From positions 18,662,001-18,726,000 of the forward strand of contig OZ059897.1 of NCBI GenBank assembly GCA_964057225.1: a stretch of DNA of 64,000 bases, given 5' to 3'. The DNA is from Auanema rhodensis. Lineage: Eukaryota; Animalia; Nematoda. The position numbers were made by a program, and so were the translations under genes. The notes below the pieces were generated by a model that was not told the DNA's origin, did not search any database, and saw nothing but the letters and a program-made list of their open reading frames with translations. This document shows, piece after piece, positions 1 through 9,160 of the stretch. Each line of letters starts with the position of its first letter. Position 1 is the stretch's first letter.

Positions 1-12
1 GCTTCCAAAAAC

Positions 13-47
13 ATTTTGACAAAAATTTTTTCGAAAAATTTCAAAAT
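13..47. other. Imperfect A/T-tract palindrome centred on TTCGAA (in nearly every monomer)
   Basis: Perfect core TTTTTCGAAAAA at 27-38; outer arms ATTTTGA (13-19) and TCAAAAT (41-47) are reverse complements. Confidence 0.85.
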
Positions 48-149
48 AATTTAGCAAAAAGTAGATGTTTTTAGATTCCATTTTTTAAGGCAAAGACGAT
101 GGACAATGTTATTCAACGAAAAAATTAATTCTTCAGGGTGAAAATTGAG

Positions 150-171
150 GATATAAGTGTGAACTTATATC
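150..171. other. Perfect 9-bp inverted repeat with 4-nt GTGA loop (per monomer)
   Basis: GATATAAGT (150-158) - GTGA - ACTTATATC (163-171). It overlaps a second dyad ATATCA-GT-TGATAT (167-180). Confidence 0.9.
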
Positions 172-181
172 AGTTGATATC

Positions 182-248
182 TCGGTGCATTTTTAAGCTA
201 GCGCAAATCTGATAACACAGATCGACGCAGCTTAAAAATCCGCATCGA
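182..248. other. Long imperfect inverted repeat / hairpin, ~67 nt (per monomer)
   Basis: TCGGTGC(182-188)/GCATCGA(242-248) with one G-T pair; CC bulge at 240-241; ATTTTTAAGCT(189-199)/AGCTTAAAAAT(229-239) perfect 11 bp; GCG/CGC; ATCTG(207-211)/CAGAT(218-222); loop ATAACA. Confidence 0.92.
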
Positions 249-322
249 ATGCACTATACTACATCGAGAAACGCTTGATACAAAAATTAGTTATGATCGT
301 TTGAAAAATGATGCATTAGTGT

Positions 323-350
323 ATGTTGAGTTTCCATGTACACTCAACAT
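323..350. other. Perfect 9-bp inverted repeat with 10-nt loop (per monomer)
   Basis: ATGTTGAGT (323-331) - TTCCATGTAC - ACTCAACAT (342-350). Alternative pairing AGTGTA(318-323)/TACACT(339-344). Confidence 0.9.
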
Positions 351-2303
351 TGCTTCCAAAAACATTTTGACAAAAATTTTTTCGAAAAATTTCAAAATAA
401 TTTAGCAAAAAGTAGATGTTTTTAGATTCCATTTTTCAAGGCAAAGACGATGGACAATGTTATTCAACGAAAAAATTAATTCTTCAGGGTGAAAATTGAG
501 GATATAAGTGTGAACTTATATCAGTTGATATCTCGGTGCATTTTTAAGCTAGCGCAAATCTGATAACACAGATCGACGCAGCTTAAAAATCCGCATCGAA
601 TGCACTATACTACATTGAGAAACGCTTGATACAAAAATTAGTTATGATCGTTTGAAAAATGATGCATTAGTGTATGTTGAGTTTCCATGTACACTCAACA
701 TTGCTTCCAAAAACATTTTGACAAAAATTTTTTCGAAAAATTTCAAAATAGTTTAGCAAAAAGTAGATGTTTTTAGATTCCATTTTTCAAGGCAAAGACG
801 ATGGACAATGTTATTCAACGAAAAAATTAATTCTTCAGGGTGAAAATCGAGGATATAAGTGTGAACTTATATCAGTTGATATCTCGGTGCATTTTTAAGC
901 TAGCGCAAATCTGATAACACAGATCGACGCAGCTTAAAAATCCGCATCGAATGCACTATACTACATTGAGAAACGCTTGATACAAAAATTAGTTATGATC
1001 GTTTGAAAAATGATGCATTAGTGTATGTTGAGTTTCCATGTACACTCAACATTGCTTCCAAAAACATTTTGACAAAAATTTTTTCGAAAAATTTCAAAAT
1101 AATTTAGCAAAAAGTAGATGTTTTTAGATTCCATTTTTTAAGGCAAAGACGATGGACAATGTTATTCAACGAAAAAATTAATTCTTCAGGGTGAAAATTG
1201 AGGATATAAGTGTGAACTTATATCAGTTGATATCTCGGTGCATTTTTAAGCTAGCGCAAATCTGATAACACAGATCGACGCAGCTTATAAATCCGCATCG
1301 AATGCACTATACTACATCGAGAAACGCTTGATACAAAAATTAGTTATGATCGTTTGAAAAATGATGCATTAGTGTATGTTGAGTTTCCATGTACACTCAA
1401 CATTGCTTCCAAAAACATTTTGACAAAAATTTTTTCGAAAAATTTCAAAATAATTTAGCAAAAAGTAGATGTTTTTAGATTCCATTTTTCAAGGCAAAGA
1501 CGATGGACAATGTTATTCAACGAAAAAATTAATTCTTCAGGGTGAAAATTGAGGATATAAGTGTGAACTTATATCAGTTGATATCTCGGTGCATTTTTAA
1601 GCTAGCGCAAATCTGATAACACAGATCGACGCAGCTTAAAAATCCGCATCGAATGCACTATACTACATTGAGAAACGCTTGATACAAAAATTAGTTATGA
1701 TCGTTTGAAAAATGATGCATTAGTGTATGTTGAGTTTCCATGTACACTCAACATTGCTTCCAAAAACATTTTGACAAAAATTTTTTTGGAAAAATTTCAA
1801 AATAGTTTAGCAAAAAGTAGATGTTTTTAGATTCCATTTTTCAAGGCAAAGACGATGGACAATGTTATTCAACGAAAAAATTAATTCTTCAGGGTGAAAA
1901 TCGAGGATATAAGTGTGAACTTATATCAGTTGATATCTCGGTGCATTTTTAAGCTAGCGCAAATCTGATAACACAGATCGACGCAGTTTAAAAATCCGCA
2001 TCGAATGCACTATACTACATTGAGAAACGCTTGATACAAAAATTAGTTATGATCGTTTGAAAAATGATGCATTAGTGTATGTTGAGTTTCCATGTACACT
2101 CAACATTGCTTCCAAAAACATTTTGACAAAAATTTTTTCGAAAAATTTCAAAATAATTTAGCAAAAAGTAGATGTTTTTAGATTCCATTTTTTAAGGCAA
2201 AGACGATGGACAATGTTATTCAACGAAAAAATTAATTCTTCAGGGTGAAAATTGAGGATATAAGTGTGAACTTATATCAGTTGATATCTCGGTGCATTTT
2301 TAA

Positions 2304-2318
2304 TTTTCGGATTTTTAA
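2304..2318. other. 15-bp insertion TTTTCGGATTTTTAA (366-bp monomer)
   Basis: GCATTTTTAA[TTTTCGGATTTTTAA]GCTAGC versus consensus GCATTTTTAAGCTAGC. Confidence 0.95.
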
Positions 2319-5300
2319 GCTAGCGCAAATCTGATAACACAGATCGACGCAGCTTAAAAATCCGCATCGAATGCACTATACTACATCGAGAAACGCTTGA
2401 TACAAAAATTAGTTATGATCGTTTGAAAAATGATGCATTAGTGTATGTTGAGTTTCCATGTACACTCAACATTGCTTCCAAAAACATTTTGACAAAAATT
2501 TTTTCGAAAAATTTCAAAATAATTTAGCAAAAAGTAGATGTTTTTAGATTCCATTTTTCAAGGCAAAGACGATGGACAATGTTATTCAACGAAAAAATTA
2601 ATTCTTCAGGGTGAAAATTGAGGATATAAGTGTGAACTTATATCAGTTGATATCTCGGTGCATTTTCAAGCTAGCGCAAATCTGATAACACAGATCGACG
2701 CAGCTTAAAAATCCGCATCGAATGCACTATACTACATTGAGAAACGCTTGATACAAAAATTAGTTATGATCGTTTGAAAAATGATGCATTAGTGTATGTT
2801 GAGTTTCCATGTACACTCAACATTGCTTCCAAAAACATTTTGACAAAAATTTTTTCGAAAAATTTCAAAATAGTTTAGCAAAAAGTAGATGTTTTTAGAT
2901 TCCATTTTTTAAGGCAAAGACGATGGACAATGTTATTCAACGAAAAAATTAATTCTTCAGGGTGAAAATCGAGGATATAAGTGTGAACTTATATCAGTTG
3001 ATATCTCGGTGCATTTTTAAGCTAGCGCAAATCTGATAACACAGATCGACGCAGCTTAAAAATCCGCATCGAATGCACTATACTACATCGAGAAACGCTT
3101 AATACAAAAATTAGTTATAATCGTTCGAAAAATGATGCATTAGTGTATGTTGAGTTTCCATGTACACTCAACATTGCTTCCAAAAACATTTTGACAAAAA
3201 TTTTTTCGAAAAATTTCAAAATAATTTAGCAAAAAGTAGAAGTTTTTAGATTCCATTTTTCAAGGCAAAGACGATGGACAATGTTATTCAACGAAAAAAT
3301 TAATTCTTCAGGGTGAAAATCGAGGATATAAGTGTGAACTTATATCAGTTGATATCTCGGTGCATTTTTAAGCTAGCGCAAATCTGATAACACAGATCGA
3401 CGCAGCTTAAAAATCCGCATCGAATGCACTATACTACATTAAGAAACGCTTGATACAAAAATTAGTTATGATCGTTTGAAAAATGATGCATTAGTGTATG
3501 TTGAGTTTCCATGTACACTCAACATTGCTTCCAAAAACATTTTGACAAAAATTTTTTCGAAAAATTTCAAAATAATTTAGCAAAAAGTAGATGTTTTTAG
3601 ATTCCATTTTTTAAGGCAAAGACGATGGACAATGTTATTCAACGAAAAAATTAATTCTTCAGGGTGAAAATTGAGGATATAAGTGTGAACTTATATCAGT
3701 TGATATCTCGGTGCATTTTTAAGCTAGCGCAAATCTGATAACACAGATCGACGCAGCTTAAAAATCCGCATCGAATGCACTATACTACATTGAGAAACGC
3801 TTGATACAAAAATTAGTTATGATCGTTTGAAAAATGATGCATTAGTGTATGTTGAGTTTCCATGTACACTCAACATTGCTTCCAAAAACATTTTGACAAA
3901 AATTTTTTCGAAAAATTTCAAAATAATTTAGCAAAAAGTAGATGTTTTTAGATTCCATTTTTTAAGGCAAAGACGATGGACAATGTTATTCAACGAAAAA
4001 ATTAATTCTTCAGGGTGAAAATTGAGGATATAAGTGTGAACTTATATCAGTTGATATCTCGGTGCATTTTTAAGCTAGCGCAAATCTGATAACACAGATC
4101 GACGCAGCTTAAAAATCCGCATCGAATGCACTATACTACATCGAGAAACGCTTGATACAAAAATTAGTTATGATCGTTTGAAAAATGATGCATTAGTGTA
4201 TGTTGAGTTTCCATGTACACTCAACATTGCTTCCAAAAACATTTTGACAAAAATTTTTTCGAAAAATTTCAAAATAATTTAGCAAAAAGTAGATGTTTTT
4301 AGATTCCATTTTTCAAGGCAAAGACGATGGACAATGTTATTCAACGAAAAAATTAATTCTTCAGGGTGAAAATTGAGGATATAAGTGTGAACTTATATCA
4401 GTTGATATCTCGGTGCATTTTTAAGCTAGCGCAAATCTGATAACACAGATCGACGCAGCTTAAAAATCCGCATCGAATGCACTATACTACATTGAGAAAC
4501 GCTTGATACAAAAATTAGTTATGATCGTTTGAAAAATGATGCATTAGTGTATGTTGAGTTTCCATGTACACTCAACATTGCTTCCAAAAACATTTTGACA
4601 AAAATTTTTTTGGAAAAATTTCAAAATAGTTTAGCAAAAAGTAGATGTTTTTAGATTCCATTTTTCAAGGCAAAGACGATGGACAATGTTATTCAACGAA
4701 AAAATTAATTCTTCAGGGTGAAAATCGAGGATATAAGTGTGAACTTATATCAGTTGATATCTCGGTGCATTTTTAAGCTAGCGCAAATCTGATAACACAG
4801 ATCGACGCAGTTTAAAAATCCGCATCGAATGCACTATACTACATTGAGAAACGCTTGATACAAAAATTAGTTATGATCGTTTGAAAAATGATGCATTAGT
4901 GTATGTTGAGTTTCCATGTACACTCAACATTGCTTCCAAAAACATTTTGACAAAAATTTTTTCGAAAAATTTCAAAATAATTTAGCAAAAAGTAGATGTT
5001 TTTAGATTCCATTTTTTAAGGCAAAGACGATGGACAATGTTATTCAACGAAAAAATTAATTCTTCAGGGTGAAAATTGAGGATATAAGTGTGAACTTATA
5101 TCAGTTGATATCTCGGTGCATTTTTAAGCTAGCGCAAATCTGATAACACAGATCGACGCAGCTTAAAAATCCGCATCGAATGCACTATACTACATTGAGA
5201 AACGCTTGATACAAAAATTAGTTATGATCGTTTGAAAAATGATGCATTAGTGTATGTTGAGTTTCCATGTACACTCAACATTGCTTCCAAAAACATTTTG

Positions 5301-8300
5301 ACAAAAATTTTTTCGAAAAATTTCAAAATAATTTAGCAAAAAGTAGATGTTTTTAGATTCCATTTTTTAAGGCAAAGACGATGGACAATGTTATTCAACG
5401 AAAAAATTAATTCTTCAGGGTGAAAATCGAGGATATAAGTGTGAACTTATATCAGTTGATATCTCGGTGCATTTTTAAGCTAGCGCAAATCTGATAACAC
5501 AGATCGACGCAGCTTAAAAATCCGCATCGAATGCACTATACTACATTAAGAAACGCTTGATACAAAAATTAGTTATGATCGTTTGAAAAATGATGCATTA
5601 GTGTATGTTGAGTTTCCATGTACACTCAACATTGCTTCCAAAAACATTTTGACAAAAATTTTTTCGAAAAATTTCAAAATAATTTAGCAAAAAGTAGATG
5701 TTTTTAGATTCCATTTTTTAAGGCAAAGACGATGGACAATGTTATTCAACGAAAAAATTAATTCTTCAGGGTGAAAATTGAGGATATAAGTGTGAACTTA
5801 TATCAGTTGATATCTCGGTGCATTTTTAAGCTAGCGCAAATCTGATAACACAGATCGACGCAGCTTAAAAATCCGCATCGAATGCACTATACTACATTGA
5901 GAAACGCTTGATACAAAAATTAGTTATGATCGTTTGAAAAATGATGCATTAGTGTATGTTGAGTTTCCATGTACACTCAACATTGCTTCCAAAAACATTT
6001 TGACAAAAATTTTTTCGAAAAATTTCAAAATAATTTAGCAAAAAGTAGATGTTTTTAGATTCCATTTTTTAAGGCAAAGACGATGGACAATGTTATTCAA
6101 CGAAAAAATTAATTCTTCAGGGTGAAAATTGAGGATATAAGTGTGAACTTATATCAGTTGATATCTCGGTGCATTTTTAAGCTAGCGCAAATCTGATAAC
6201 ACAGATCGACGCAGCTTAAAAATCCGCATCGAATGCACTATACTACATCGAGAAACGCTTGATACAAAAATTAGTTATGATCGTTTGAAAAATGATGCAT
6301 TAGTGTATGTTGAGTTTCCATGTACACTCAACATTGCTTCCAAAAACATTTTGACAAAAATTTTTTCGAAAAATTTCAAAATAATTTAGCAAAAAGTAGA
6401 TGTTTTTAGATTCCATTTTTCAAGGCAAAGACGATGGACAATGTTATTCAACGAAAAAATTAATTCTTCAGGGTGAAAATTGAGGATATAAGTGTGAACT
6501 TATATCAGTTGATATCTCGGTGCATTTTTAAGCTAGCGCAAATCTGATAACACAGATCGACGCAGCTTAAAAATCCGCATCGAATGCACTATACTACATT
6601 GAGAAACGCTTGATACAAAAATTAGTTATGATCGTTTGAAAAATGATGCATTAGTGTATGTTGAGTTTCCATGTACACTCAACATTGCTTCCAAAAACAT
6701 TTTGACAAAAATTTTTTTGGAAAAATTTCAAAATAGTTTAGCAAAAAGTAGATGTTTTTAGATTCCATTTTTCAAGGCAAAGACGATGGACAATGTTATT
6801 CAACGAAAAAATTAATTCTTCAGGGTGAAAATCGAGGATATAAGTGTGAACTTATATCAGTTGATATCTCGGTGCATTTTTAAGCTAGCGCAAATCTGAT
6901 AACACAGATCGACGCAGTTTAAAAATCCGCATCGAATGCACTATACTACATTGAGAAACGCTTGATACAAAAATTAGTTATGATCGTTTGAAAAATGATG
7001 CATTAGTGTATGTTGAGTTTCCATGTACACTCAACATTGCTTCCAAAAACATTTTGACAAAAATTTTTTCGAAAAATTTCAAAATAATTTAGCAAAAAGT
7101 AGATGTTTTTAGATTCCATTTTTTAAGGCAAAGACGATGGACAATGTTATTCAACGAAAAAATTAATTCTTCAGGGTGAAAATTGAGGATATAAGTGTGA
7201 ACTTATATCAGTTGATATCTCGGTGCATTTTTAAGCTAGCGCAAATCTGATAACACAGATCGACGCAGCTTAAAAATCCGCATCGAATGCACTATACTAC
7301 ATTGAGAAACGCTTGATACAAAAATTAGTTATGATCGTTTGAAAAATGATGCATTAGTGTATGTTGAGTTTCCATGTACACTCAACATTGCTTCCAAAAA
7401 CATTTTGACAAAAATTTTTTCGAAAAATTTCAAAATAATTTAGCAAAAAGTAGATGTTTTTAGATTCCATTTTTTAAGGCAAAGACGATGGACAATGTTA
7501 TTCAACGAAAAAATTAATTCTTCAGGGTGAAAATTGAGGATATAAGTGTGAACTTATATCAGTTGATATCTCGGTGCATTTTTAAGCTAGCGCAAATCTG
7601 ATAACACAGATCGACGCAGCTTAAAAATCCGCATCGAATGCACTATACTACATCGAGAAACGCTTGATACAAAAATTAGTTATGATCGTTTGAAAAATGA
7701 TGCATTAGTGTATGTTGAGTTTCCATGTACACTCAACATTGCTTCCAAAAACATTTTGACAAAAATTTTTTCGAAAAATTTCAAAATAATTTAGCAAAAA
7801 GTAGATGTTTTTAGATTCCATTTTTCAAGGCAAAGACGATGGACAATGTTATTCAACGAAAAAATTAATTCTTCAGGGTGAAAATTGAGGATATAAGTGT
7901 GAACTTATATCAGTTGATATCTCGGTGCATTTTTAAGCTAGCGCAAATCTGATAACACAGATCGACGCAGCTTAAAAATCCGCATCGAATGCACTATACT
8001 ACATTGAGAAACGCTTGATACAAAAATTAGTTATGATCGTTTGAAAAATGATGCATTAGTGTATGTTGAGTTTCCATGTACACTCAACATTGCTTCCAAA
8101 AACATTTTGACAAAAATTTTTTTGGAAAAATTTCAAAATAGTTTAGCAAAAAGTAGATGTTTTTAGATTCCATTTTTCAAGGCAAAGACGATGGACAATG
8201 TTATTCAACGAAAAAATTAATTCTTCAGGGTGAAAATCGAGGATATAAGTGTGAACTTATATCAGTTGATATCTCGGTGCATTTTTAAGCTAGCGCAAAT

Positions 8301-8639
8301 CTGATAACACAGATCGACGCAGTTTAAAAATCCGCATCGAATGCACTATACTACATTGAGAAACGCTTGATACAAAAATTAGTTATGATCGTTTGAAAAA
8401 TGATGCATTAGTGTATGTTGAGTTTCCATGTACACTCAACATTGCTTCCAAAAACATTTTGACAAAAATTTTTTCGAAAAATTTCAAAATAATTTAGCAA
8501 AAAGTAGATGTTTTTAGATTCCATTTTTTAAGGCAAAGACGATGGACAATGTTATTCAACGAAAAAATTAATTCTTCAGGGTGAAAATTGAGGATATAAG
8601 TGTGAACTTATATCAGTTGATATCTCGGTGCATTTTTAA

Positions 8640-8654
8640 TTTTCGGATTTTTAA
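8640..8654. other. Second copy of the same 15-bp insertion, 18 monomers downstream
   Basis: Identical insert; offset 6336 = 18 x 351 + 15 + 3. Confidence 0.95.
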
Positions 8655-9160
8655 GCTAGCGCAAATCTGATAACACAGATCGACGCAGCTTAAAAATCCG
8701 CATCGAATGCACTATACTACATCGAGAAACGCTTGATACAAAAATTAGTTATGATCGTTTGAAAAATGATGCATTAGTGTATGTTGAGTTTCCATGTACA
8801 CTCAACATTGCTTCCAAAAACATTTTGACAAAAATTTTTTCGAAAAATTTCAAAATAATTTAGCAAAAAGTAGATGTTTTTAGATTCCATTTTTCAAGGC
8901 AAAGACGATGGACAATGTTATTCAACGAAAAAATTAATTCTTCAGGGTGAAAATTGAGGATATAAGTGTGAACTTATATCAGTTGATATCTCGGTGCATT
9001 TTTAAGCTAGCGCAAATCTGATAACACAGATCGACGCAGCTTAAAAATCCGCATCGAATGCACTATACTACATTGAGAAACGCTTGATACAAAAATTAGT
9101 TATGATCGTTTGAAAAATGATGCATTAGTGTATGTTGAGTTTCCATGTACACTCAACATT

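Larger units (their letters stand above)
1..351. repeat. Reference monomer (arbitrary phase) used for monomer coordinates
   Basis: Bases 1-351 are repeated at 352-702 with two substitutions seen (monomer positions 86 T/C and 264 C/T). Confidence 0.98.
1..9160. repeat. Array domain A: 352-bp T7GG monomers and 366-bp insertion monomers
   Basis: TTTTTTTGGAAAAA at 1788, 4612, 6719, 8124, each linked to CAGTTTAAAAA in the same monomer; 15-bp insertion at 2304 and 8640; ATTGAGG allele common. Boundary approximate. Confidence 0.75.

Noticed and set aside
20-150. Hammerhead ribozyme / retrozyme-type satellite: the minus strand has CUGAAGA (complement of 130-136) with GAAA motifs downstream, and the monomer size fits known hammerhead satellites
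   Set aside because: I could not build stems I, II and III around the core in type I or III topology. The + strand CTGATAA lacks the conserved G8. An Infernal/RNAMotif hammerhead search on a doubled monomer would be decisive.
182-248. Rho-independent terminators or bacterial promoters from hairpins, T-tracts and TTGACA (16-21)
   Set aside because: There is no gene context; the stems are AT-rich and not followed by a proper U-tract; such motifs are expected by chance in AT-rich satellite.
1-351. Tandem RNA gene cluster (5S rDNA, tRNA, spliced-leader or snRNA repeat of similar unit length)
   Set aside because: No recognisable 5S, tRNA cloverleaf/A-B box or spliced-leader sequence on either strand; the monomer is uniformly AT-rich.
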